DNA of 13,965 bases, from assembly GCA_039819115.1 (NCBI GenBank), contig JBCBST010000088.1, positions 1-13,965 of the forward strand. Reading direction: 5' to 3'. A program made the translations under genes and the position numbers. This stretch comes from Bacteroidota bacterium (GTDB lineage Bacteria; Bacteroidota; Rhodothermia; Balneolales; Balneolaceae). Shown piece by piece: positions 7,125-13,965 of this stretch; position 1 is the first letter of the stretch; the number at the start of each line of letters is the position of its first letter. The notes under the pieces were generated by a model that was given only the letters and a program-made list of their open reading frames with translations, did no database searches and was not told the DNA's origin.

Positions 7125-8930
7125 ATGAAATTAATAACTTCGGGAATCATTATACTGATTTGCTTTTGTAGTGGAATACTCGTTGCTCAGATACCGGATC
7201 GCGAGCGTACTGCATTAGACGAACAGGTAGAGGAAGCAAAGTACGAACGTTATTATGAAATTCTGCTAGACAACTCCTTATCTGAATATTATAAGGAGGG
7301 CACATTTATTGTTGATGTCAAAGCCACGGTATCCAGGGTATTGGTTCCCAAAGGTTACGAGTTAGTAGAACCCGAAGCACGCCCGGGATTGGAAAGTCTT
7401 CCGGGATTACCGGTTATTCCACCAAGCCTTCGGTCCGGAAATCGTGAACAGGACAGCCTTCGGATTTCAGGCTTTGATTCCGGGCTGAGACTGGATCGTA
7501 TTGTGGTTAAAATTCTGGTAGATACATCGTATAGCACGGAGGACATGGACTTTGTAGAGGAGGCTGTTACCATGCTAGCCAATGTGGATCCGTTCAGAGG
7601 AGATGATGTTTCCATTGAGAAAAAAATATTTCCGAGAAATGAACGTGGCATCATAAAAGATGCTGCCACCCCTCAGCCAGAACAAAAGGTTGAACGCCTG
7701 GTAACTGAAGAACCTGTACAACCTCCATCCACTCCGGAAGGATTGGACTGGAACGACCCAAAGGTATTGTGGTATGTAATTGGAGCGCTGGGCGCACTGT
7801 TGTTTGGTCTGTTATTATTTCTGGCGTTACGAAGGCCGGAAAGCGGGCGACAGGTTTCGGAACTGGAGGCTGCACATAATCTGGAGCGACTGGTACAGTC
7901 CAAATCGGAACAGCTAAAAACAGATGTTGAAATACAAGACCTTAGTTCAGATCGACTGATCAAGTATGAAGAGGATAAAACATACACCACGAATACAACG
8001 ATAAGCAATCCAAAGTTAGTAGCCGATCTGGTTTCGCAATGGATTGCAACCGAAGAAGAAGAGGGTATGGTAAAGGGAGTAAGGGCGATATTCAGCACCG
8101 ATCCATTGCTGTTAGACATTCTTAAACCTCATCTGAGCGATACGAACTATGAGACGCTTCGATTTGGTATATCAAATATTGAAAGCATTCCAGCGAACGA
8201 CCGCGCCGAAGAAGCCAACAGGTTCAGAAGGGCCATTCAACAAACAAAAGCAGTGAATGGAGAAGATGATAATTCCGCGAATCTGTTCGATTTTGTACAA
8301 CAGTTATCCGACCAACAACTCCTTCATCTCATTAAAGGCGAGTCTGATGAGATGACAGCGATTATGCTTGCACAGGTAGCTGGCGAACGGGCAGGATACG
8401 TACTTCAAAAAATGGATGAAGATCGTAAGCTTTCCATTCTGCTTAAGATGGGAAAAATATCGAACATCCCGGTTTCAATTTATAAACGTGTAGCCTCTCA
8501 TTTTTCCAGTAAGGCACTATCGGTATCTGATATGAAGTATGTCGCTGCCGATGGTGTGGAGTCCATTCTGGCGACGATAGATTCCTTACCTATTTCCGAA
8601 CAAGACGAGTTTGTACAGTCCATTGCCAAGAAAGACTTAAACCTCGCTAAAAAGATCCGGAAATACTTTATTGCCTTTGACGATATCCCTTCAGTCGATC
8701 CCAATATTCTTCAACGGGCATTGGAAAGCAAAAACTCGGAAGAAATGGTGCTAGCGCTAACAGGTGCTGGTGAGCAGGTAAAAAGAGCCATGCTCGATGT
8801 ACGTCCGAACAGAGAACAACAACTGATTTTAGCCGAATTGGCCGAAAACCGGGAGGTAAATACGTATTCCATTGAGACCATTCGAAAGGACATTCTAATG
8901 GAAATACGAAAGCAGCTTAAGAGAGGATAG
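7125..8930 (+). CDS. FliF(C-terminal portion)-FliG fusion-like membrane protein (rotor-like protein)
   Basis: ATG at 7125 gives the signal/TM sequence MKLITSGIIILICFCSGILVAQ; the track ORF begins at TTG 7077. The periplasmic part ends with LDRIVVKILVD...EEAVTMLANVDPFRGDDVSIEKKIFP, which resembles the end of the FliF periplasmic domain (...RLSVAVVVN...REAMGF..RGD.v.V....F). A single TM segment follows (VLWYVIGALGALLFGLLLFLAL). NPKLVADLVSQWIATEEEE resembles the FliF C-terminal FliG-binding helix. After that come FliG N-, M- and C-like regions (FDFVQQL..., IRKYFIAFDDI..., LALTGAGEQVKRAML...). Confidence 0.75.
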   Translation: MKLITSGIIILICFCSGILVAQIPDRERTALDEQVEEAKYERYYEILLDNSLSEYYKEGTFIVDVKATVSRVLVPKGYELVEPEARPGLESLPGLPVIPPSLRSGNREQDSLRISGFDSGLRLDRIVVKILVDTSYSTEDMDFVEEAVTMLANVDPFRGDDVSIEKKIFPRNERGIIKDAATPQPEQKVERLVTEEPVQPPSTPEGLDWNDPKVLWYVIGALGALLFGLLLFLALRRPESGRQVSELEAAHNLERLVQSKSEQLKTDVEIQDLSSDRLIKYEEDKTYTTNTTISNPKLVADLVSQWIATEEEEGMVKGVRAIFSTDPLLLDILKPHLSDTNYETLRFGISNIESIPANDRAEEANRFRRAIQQTKAVNGEDDNSANLFDFVQQLSDQQLLHLIKGESDEMTAIMLAQVAGERAGYVLQKMDEDRKLSILLKMGKISNIPVSIYKRVASHFSSKALSVSDMKYVAADGVESILATIDSLPISEQDEFVQSIAKKDLNLAKKIRKYFIAFDDIPSVDPNILQRALESKNSEEMVLALTGAGEQVKRAMLDVRPNREQQLILAELAENREVNTYSIETIRKDILMEIRKQLKRG

Positions 8931-10031
8931 GTGATGCAAGCACGCAGTATAGCCGGGTTACTCTTAATGGTGATTATAGCCTCGACAGAGGTAGTTGCAC
9001 AGGAAAAAAAAGATGCTAACACCTATCTGTTACATAAGATTACCCCACAGATTGAGGCGGCACTGGGAGAGATACCGATTGGTATTCGACGGGTGTCGGT
9101 GTACCGCTTAAATTACGACCCGCAGTTTTTTACCCCGGAGGATGCCAATTACATCAGAGCAGAAGTTGAGGCTACGATCCAGAGAGGGAGTGCGATTCGG
9201 ATTCTTACTCCGCCGGAGTTGGAGCCGAATGATGAGCTTAAGATTTTTGGAAACGATAGTACTCTTCAGGTTTCAAACCTGGAAGGAAGATCCTTTGCTG
9301 ATAACTCGCAGATTCTTTTACAGGAAGTGGTTGAGCGATATGACATTCAGGGTTTGGTCGAGCTTACGATCCAGAAAAAATATTTTGAAGGGATTGTGCT
9401 AACTATGCGAATGATAAATCCTAACAACCAGGAATTAATCTTTGCCAGAAGCTTTGTTTCCAATCCTATCCGATTTACTGAGAAAAAGGACAGCAGTATT
9501 CATCACTTTGTGGCTAGTTTTGGTCTTGGAAACTGGAATGGAGAATCCTTTTTGGAAATACAGGATTCAGGCATGGGGCCCGATACGGTTTCTGTGAACA
9601 ATGATGACACCATCCTCGACTTAAATTTTAGTCTTTCCTACCGCCAGAGTATTTCGGATGATAATAGCAGCTACCTGGGGGCTTTGATCGGATTCCATAA
9701 CCTCAGGAGCAGAAACATTGATGCTTTTGATGTGAATTTCTTCGAGCTTGGACTGACCTGGGATCAGGCCATATCCAAACGTATAGCTCACATTAATGAG
9801 TATCGGGTAAAGCTGCTGGCTAAAGGCAGTGTATTGTTTCCTTTAGGTGATCGTTCGGGGGAGCTGATTATGATAAGTCCCGGGTTACAGCTTAACCTTA
9901 CTCGGAATTTAAGTTTGAATCTCTACACGCAATCTATTCTTTCGGGAGAACGCATTCGGGAAGACGATTCTTTTCAAGTTATTACTTTCAATCGATTTGG
10001 CTATGGCTTACAAGGAATGGTACGTTTTTAG
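8931..10031 (+). CDS. Outer-membrane protein: periplasmic alpha/beta domain plus C-terminal beta-barrel; function unknown
   Basis: GTG at 8931 directly abuts the upstream TAG, and ATG at 8934 is the alternative start. GAGAGGA lies just upstream. Signal peptide ...LLMVIIASTEVVAQ. The C-terminal third shows amphipathic beta-strand alternation and ends GYGLQGMVRF, with the terminal Phe of a beta-signal. Confidence 0.65.
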   Translation: MMQARSIAGLLLMVIIASTEVVAQEKKDANTYLLHKITPQIEAALGEIPIGIRRVSVYRLNYDPQFFTPEDANYIRAEVEATIQRGSAIRILTPPELEPNDELKIFGNDSTLQVSNLEGRSFADNSQILLQEVVERYDIQGLVELTIQKKYFEGIVLTMRMINPNNQELIFARSFVSNPIRFTEKKDSSIHHFVASFGLGNWNGESFLEIQDSGMGPDTVSVNNDDTILDLNFSLSYRQSISDDNSSYLGALIGFHNLRSRNIDAFDVNFFELGLTWDQAISKRIAHINEYRVKLLAKGSVLFPLGDRSGELIMISPGLQLNLTRNLSLNLYTQSILSGERIREDDSFQVITFNRFGYGLQGMVRF

Positions 10032-10617
10032 ATTGTCTTTTTTGGGAATATTGCTCATTTCCATATTGTCCTGTTCCGGACAAAAGGAGCTACTGGATAA
10101 GCTAACCGAACTGGAGTCAGACACTACAGGTGCTGTTGACAAACCGGGTGTTACCGATCCGGCGCCCAGATCTGATGAAGAACGTATTGAGGTTACTTAT
10201 GGGAATAAGAGTACCGGGCTAACCATGAAGCTGAACCCGGATAAAGATCGCTTTTTTATGGAGCTGAGAGGGGTGCGAGCCGAACAAACGGATACGGTTA
10301 TTGTAGCGGACAGTACGTTAATGCGTCAACGCAATGAGGATATGCAGCGTATGCTCGCATCATTTAGGGAAGCTCAGGATTTGTTATATCTGAATGAACT
10401 GGATCAGGCGGTAGCTAAAATCAATGAGGTATTGGATATCCAGGAAACAGCCGATGCCTACGCCCTCAAAGGCACGATCTATTTTTTGAAGGGTAATCGC
10501 ACCGCAGCACGGGCAAATTGGAACCGGGCAGTTCAGATCAACCCGAATTTGCCGATACCCAGCATTGAAGGGTTAGATGCAATCATACAAGAGCTTTTGG
10601 AGGAAAATCAACAATGA
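9997..10617 (+). CDS. TPR-containing lipoprotein
   Basis: Lipobox ILS-C (LLISILSCSGQ). The C-terminal TPR-like segment is AYALKGTIYFLKGNRTAARANWNRAVQINPNLP. The ATG at 9997 overlaps the upstream gene by 35 nt. A TTG at 10033, immediately after the upstream stop, is an alternative start. Confidence 0.7.
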   Translation: MAMAYKEWYVFRLSFLGILLISILSCSGQKELLDKLTELESDTTGAVDKPGVTDPAPRSDEERIEVTYGNKSTGLTMKLNPDKDRFFMELRGVRAEQTDTVIVADSTLMRQRNEDMQRMLASFREAQDLLYLNELDQAVAKINEVLDIQETADAYALKGTIYFLKGNRTAARANWNRAVQINPNLPIPSIEGLDAIIQELLEENQQ

Positions 10618-11456
10618 GAATTTCGGTAGCTAACATTCTTGGAGTTTTAATAAGCCTTGGTCTCATTGTATTTGGCGTTATGGAGGTTACGGGTTCCTCC
10701 GATTTAATAAATCGGTGGCTGGGTTCTTCAGGGTCCCGCTTCTTAAATATTCCCAGCTTAGCCATTGTTTTGGGTGGAGTTATGAACGCCGTGTTTATCA
10801 CGTATCAACCCAAATATATTGGAAAGGCATTTCTTAGTGTGTTCCTCATTTTCAATCATTCCAAAACCAATAACAAGCGCCTGAAACAAGATTTGGTTAA
10901 GATCCTGGAATGGAATGAACTCATTAAATCAAACCGGGTGAAATCCTTAAACAGCCTGGCCGAAGAGCATGCCAAGGAAGTTTCGGGGTTCCTGTTCTCT
11001 TTATTGAGCACCAACTACACCCAGGAAGAAATCGAATCGTTTGGTACGGTTAATGTTGAAGAACACTTTTACCGGAAAATGGTCATCGTAGATGTTTTAA
11101 AAGCGATGGGTGCCTCAGCACCAGCTTTTGGGATGTTTGGTACGTTGTTTGGACTGATTGTAATGTTAGGCAAACTTGAGGATCCTTCGGGTATGGGACC
11201 GGGTTTGGCCGCGGCATTGATAACCACCTTGTATGGAATATCGGTCTCCCGGTTTGTGTTTTATCCTATTGCGCATAAACTCAAGCAAATTGCTGAAATG
11301 GATCGCTTCAGGGAGTACTTTCTCATGGAAGGGATATTGATGATTAATGAGAAAAGATCGGCATTTTACATCCAGGATCGTCTCAACTCTTACCTGCAGC
11401 GTGAGCCAAACGCAGACGAGATCTATCAACCTGCATTAGCAGCTGAAAAAGCGTAA
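10614..11456 (+). CDS. motA: MotA/PomA-type stator channel subunit (MotA_ExbB family, 4 TM)
   Basis: Two N-terminal TM segments, a roughly 90-aa charged cytoplasmic loop, then the signature SAPAFGMFGTLFGLIVMLG...GLAAALITTLYGISVSRFVFYPIAHKL. The start overlaps the upstream stop as ATGA. Confidence 0.85.
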   Translation: MRISVANILGVLISLGLIVFGVMEVTGSSDLINRWLGSSGSRFLNIPSLAIVLGGVMNAVFITYQPKYIGKAFLSVFLIFNHSKTNNKRLKQDLVKILEWNELIKSNRVKSLNSLAEEHAKEVSGFLFSLLSTNYTQEEIESFGTVNVEEHFYRKMVIVDVLKAMGASAPAFGMFGTLFGLIVMLGKLEDPSGMGPGLAAALITTLYGISVSRFVFYPIAHKLKQIAEMDRFREYFLMEGILMINEKRSAFYIQDRLNSYLQREPNADEIYQPALAAEKA

Positions 11457-11458
11457 AA

Positions 11459-12145
11459 ATGGCACTGAACCGAGATAAAGTTGGGTACCGGGGCAGCCGT
11501 ATTCTCGAAGAAGAGATAGAGGAATCGGAATGGCTATTAACCTACAGTGATATCATTACGTTATTACTTGCCTTTTTTGCCGTTCTTATTGCGGTTTCAT
11601 ATGTAGATATCAATCTCTGGGAGCAGTTAAAGCAAGGACTCCGCTCTGAGATAAACAAAGAAGAAAATGTGCGAACACCGTTAGCCGAGGTTAAACGGGA
11701 TCTCGATGAACTGCTTGCGGAAGAAAAAACGAGAGGGTTGGTTGATATCACCCTTGGTAAAGATGGGATAAAGCTTTTCTTTAATAGCAGCAGTTTTTAC
11801 ACCTCAGGCGAAGCGGAGTTACTGCCTACCGGGCAGCAGATTATTGATAAGGTCACCCAGGCTATGAATGCAATCGACTACTACAAATTTAATGTAGATG
11901 TTGAAGGCCATACCGATAACGTTCCGATACAAACTGCGCGGTTTCCCTCCAACTGGGAACTTAGTGTGGCGAGAGCATCCGAAGTGGTTAAGTTTTTTAT
12001 CCAGGAAGGGATTGAGAGTGACCGACTCAAAGCCAGTGGATACGCCGATACCAAACCGGTGGTGCCTCACATAGATGCAAGCGGGAATCAAATTATTGAA
12101 AACCGGGCTTTAAACCGCCGTATCGTGGTCAGAATATACTACTGA
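11459..12145 (+). CDS. motB: MotB-type stator subunit with OmpA-like peptidoglycan-binding domain
   Basis: WLLTYSDIITLLLAFFAVL contains the conserved TM aspartate at codon 31 (nt 11549-11551). The OmpA-like domain reads GHTDNVPIQTARFPSNWELSVARASEVVKFF...NRRIVVRI. The gene starts 2 nt after the motA stop. Confidence 0.87.
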   Translation: MALNRDKVGYRGSRILEEEIEESEWLLTYSDIITLLLAFFAVLIAVSYVDINLWEQLKQGLRSEINKEENVRTPLAEVKRDLDELLAEEKTRGLVDITLGKDGIKLFFNSSSFYTSGEAELLPTGQQIIDKVTQAMNAIDYYKFNVDVEGHTDNVPIQTARFPSNWELSVARASEVVKFFIQEGIESDRLKASGYADTKPVVPHIDASGNQIIENRALNRRIVVRIYY

Positions 12146-13045
12146 TGGATCCTGGTCGGATGTACATTCCAGGATGTATTCATATTCCCGGATGAGTCGT
12201 TCCCGTACCGGAATGGATGCTTCATAAATCCGCTCCTGTTCCTCTTTATAAACTCTTCTGCCTTCCTCTGTCTCGATTGGGATGGGTGCTAATCCAAAGG
12301 CAGAAACATCATATGGGCTGGCCTTCATATCAATACGTCGGGCGTGGGAAGCCAGTTTAAAGGCATCAAAGATCAGGTCAGATGATATCCACGGAAATCC
12401 TTTAAACGCCCATTTATACAAATCCATATTGGTATGAATGCACCCGGCTTGCTCGTTTTCAGTAAAGCGTTCGCGGGTCAGGTCGTATTTATTGAAGGGC
12501 TGAGCTGGTTTCGTAAAAAAGCGGAAAGCATGAAAATGGGTGCACAGTAAAGGGCGCGATTCCACCACTTCCATAATCTCTTTTGACGAAAGACGAAGAG
12601 GTAGTTGCTGGTGACGTACATGCTCCGATCGGTATACCATGGCCCATTCATGCATACCAAAGCATCCAAAAGACGGCTTTCTATCCCGCGAAGCGGTAAG
12701 TAAGGAGTGTATCCATGTAAACGATTGCCGCTTTTTGGAGCTCAACGCATGTACATCAAGGTAGGCTGTGGCATCGGTTGATGTTAATTCCTTTATGGCT
12801 TTCAACTCATCGGTTTGATTTACAGCTAATCCAAACCTGATTCCGGGCGACCATTTTACCAACTGGCTGAATCGAAAGGAATAGTACTCGAACAAAAAAT
12901 CGATTACGGGATTCTTCTTTTGAAAAGATCGCTGCTTCATGTAATCTCCAAGCAGACTCTTCACGCCCTCTTCATGTTGGTGTTGTAGATTCTTCCAATC
13001 TGAACGGGTAAACACAGAATGTATATGCGCAGGATAATGTGCCAT
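12110..13045 (-). CDS. Conserved protein of unknown function; from memory, this family is often labelled '3-methyladenine DNA glycosylase' in automated annotation
   Basis: 311-aa ORF with the N-terminal motif NPVIDFLFEYYSFRFSQLVKWSPG, which I recognise from proteins carrying that label. I cannot verify the function. The 3' end overlaps motB by 36 nt in convergent orientation. Confidence 0.55.
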   Translation of the reverse strand: MAHYPAHIHSVFTRSDWKNLQHQHEEGVKSLLGDYMKQRSFQKKNPVIDFLFEYYSFRFSQLVKWSPGIRFGLAVNQTDELKAIKELTSTDATAYLDVHALSSKKRQSFTWIHSLLTASRDRKPSFGCFGMHEWAMVYRSEHVRHQQLPLRLSSKEIMEVVESRPLLCTHFHAFRFFTKPAQPFNKYDLTRERFTENEQAGCIHTNMDLYKWAFKGFPWISSDLIFDAFKLASHARRIDMKASPYDVSAFGLAPIPIETEEGRRVYKEEQERIYEASIPVRERLIREYEYILECTSDQDPSVVYSDHDTAV

Positions 13046-13080
13046 AGTGTAACATACGAACTCAATACTTCAAATTGGAC

Positions 13081-13965
13081 ATGAAGACAGCAGAATCTTC
13101 TATGAAGTCAGAGTTTTGGCACTTTATTGTTCATCTACGACTTCACTATCAGTTTTTGATTCTTTCAGGAGGGTTTTTGTTGCCCTTACTCTTGATTGAG
13201 GAGGTAATCTGGTCGGAGTACATCTACCAGTTTCTCGTTGTTTATATTTGTTTGTTTGGAGGAGCAACGGCCTACAACTCGTACTGGGATAAAGATGAAG
13301 GGGCGATAGGCGGGCTCAGGAATCCACCGAAGATGACCAAATGGATGTGGATAGCCTCTCTCTTACTCCAACTCGTCGGGTTTATTCTGATCCTTCCCTT
13401 CGGTTGGACTCAACAAGGGTTATATGTGCTCAGCTTTTTTCTGTTCTGGGCTTATTCTTCCCCTCTCGCCCGTTGGAAAGGAGATCCCCATCTGAGCATT
13501 TTAGCGATTGCCGTAAGTACAGGTACAAATTCCTTTTTAATGGGTACGATAGCTGCCGGGGGTACGGTTGAAGTCACAACAATTCTGTTGGCAATCGGGG
13601 TTTCGATGATTCTGGTGAGCCTGTATCCTATTTCGCAGGTGTACCAGATTGATGAAGACCAAAAACGGGGAGATCATACTTTTGCAGCCAGATATGGGTT
13701 AAGAGGAGTTCGGTATTTTTTCCTGATCACATTCGGTATTGGCGTTCTTTTAAGCTGGTGGATGATGTTGAATCTGGGTAAAACGGATATTGGATCCCTT
13801 TTTCTACTGGTGAGTCTGTGCTCTTTCGGTGTGCTCACCGTATTTGTGTTTCGGTTACATGGAGCTATTAAAGAATACCGTCTGGTTATGAATATCAAGT
13901 TTGGGGCATCGTTCAGTTTTGTAGTCTTTATCCTATTAACCCGATTAGTTCTTTCGATGTCTTAA
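13081..13965 (+). CDS. UbiA-family prenyltransferase (polytopic membrane protein)
   Basis: Multiple TM segments. An Asp-rich motif YNSYWDKDEG and a second motif YQIDEDQKRGDHTFAARYG are consistent with the two UbiA-superfamily Asp-rich motifs. ATG at 13081; the track start TTG at 13075 is the alternative. The stop is at the window end, 13963-13965. Confidence 0.8.
   Translation: MKTAESSMKSEFWHFIVHLRLHYQFLILSGGFLLPLLLIEEVIWSEYIYQFLVVYICLFGGATAYNSYWDKDEGAIGGLRNPPKMTKWMWIASLLLQLVGFILILPFGWTQQGLYVLSFFLFWAYSSPLARWKGDPHLSILAIAVSTGTNSFLMGTIAAGGTVEVTTILLAIGVSMILVSLYPISQVYQIDEDQKRGDHTFAARYGLRGVRYFFLITFGIGVLLSWWMMLNLGKTDIGSLFLLVSLCSFGVLTVFVFRLHGAIKEYRLVMNIKFGASFSFVVFILLTRLVLSMS

Noticed and set aside
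8073-8912. FliG-like region as the N-domain of an MgtE magnesium transporter, which is structurally related to FliG
   Set aside because: No CBS pair or MgtE TM domain follows. The match extends over N-, M- and C-like FliG segments, including the MFxF-like hinge and the C-terminal helix pattern.
7355-9022. Minus-strand track ORFs 7355-7669, 7651-7875, 7673-8119, 8498-8704 and 8711-9022
   Set aside because: They are antisense to the FliF-FliG-like gene. Their Ser/Arg/Cys-rich translations are typical of shadow frames, and the plus frame has coherent domain architecture.
10614-12145. MotAB pair as a Zorya (ZorAB) anti-phage system, or as TolQR/ExbBD
   Set aside because: ZorA proteins have a very long C-terminal tail and are accompanied by ZorC/D or ZorE, and nothing similar follows here. 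TolQ/ExbB have three TM helices and lack the MotA-type loop. Linkage to a FliG-like domain favours a MotAB-type stator.
13046-13080. Very short (35-nt) divergent spacer between the DFLFxYY protein gene and the UbiA gene as a shared regulatory element
   Set aside because: I found no recognisable promoter boxes or operator-like symmetry. The short spacer may simply reflect start-codon uncertainty (TTG 13075 versus ATG 13081).
9142-13898. Remaining short track ORFs (9142-9402, 10583-10801, 11166-11429, 11542-11751, 11819-12091, 12478-12669, 13341-13571, 13674-13898)
   Set aside because: Each lies inside a longer ORF with recognisable motifs (barrel protein, MotA, MotB, DFLFxYY protein, UbiA). 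None has independent support.
1-13965. CRISPR arrays, IS elements, integrases, toxin-antitoxin pairs and rRNA genes
   Set aside because: I saw no regularly spaced direct repeats, no transposase- or recombinase-like ORFs, and no rRNA-like sequence on either strand.

Overview
This is a bacterial chromosomal window. The weak Shine-Dalgarno usage, signal peptides ending in AQ, and a TAnnTTTG-type promoter box suggest a Bacteroidota/Balneolota/Rhodothermota-like lineage, but that placement is inference. From left to right it contains: (1) a POTRA-less Omp85/BamA-family beta-barrel gene followed closely by a processive family-2 glycosyltransferase; (2) a minus-strand array of six tRNA genes (Pro-UGG, Arg-UCU, Cys-GCA, Glu-UUC, His-GUG, Glu-UUC), with an exact 75-nt duplication of tRNA-Glu and a tiny hydrophobic ORF inside the array; (3) a minus-strand pair of an NAD-dependent epimerase/dehydratase and a GT4 glycosyltransferase; (4) a plus-strand block at 5961-12145, which is the main item of interest. 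That block encodes a TolB-like PD40-repeat secreted protein and then five tightly packed genes. The five are a single polypeptide resembling the C-terminal part of the flagellar MS-ring protein FliF fused to full-length FliG, an outer-membrane beta-barrel protein, a TPR lipoprotein, a 4-TM MotA-type channel, and a MotB-type protein with an OmpA-like domain. No other flagellar gene (C-ring, export gate, rod, hook, filament) is present in the window. I therefore interpret the block as a candidate stand-alone rotor-stator envelope machine; (5) a convergent conserved protein with a DFLFxYYSFR motif and a UbiA-family prenyltransferase. I saw no CRISPR array, transposase or integrase. All homology calls are by-eye motif recognition and need HMM or structure confirmation.
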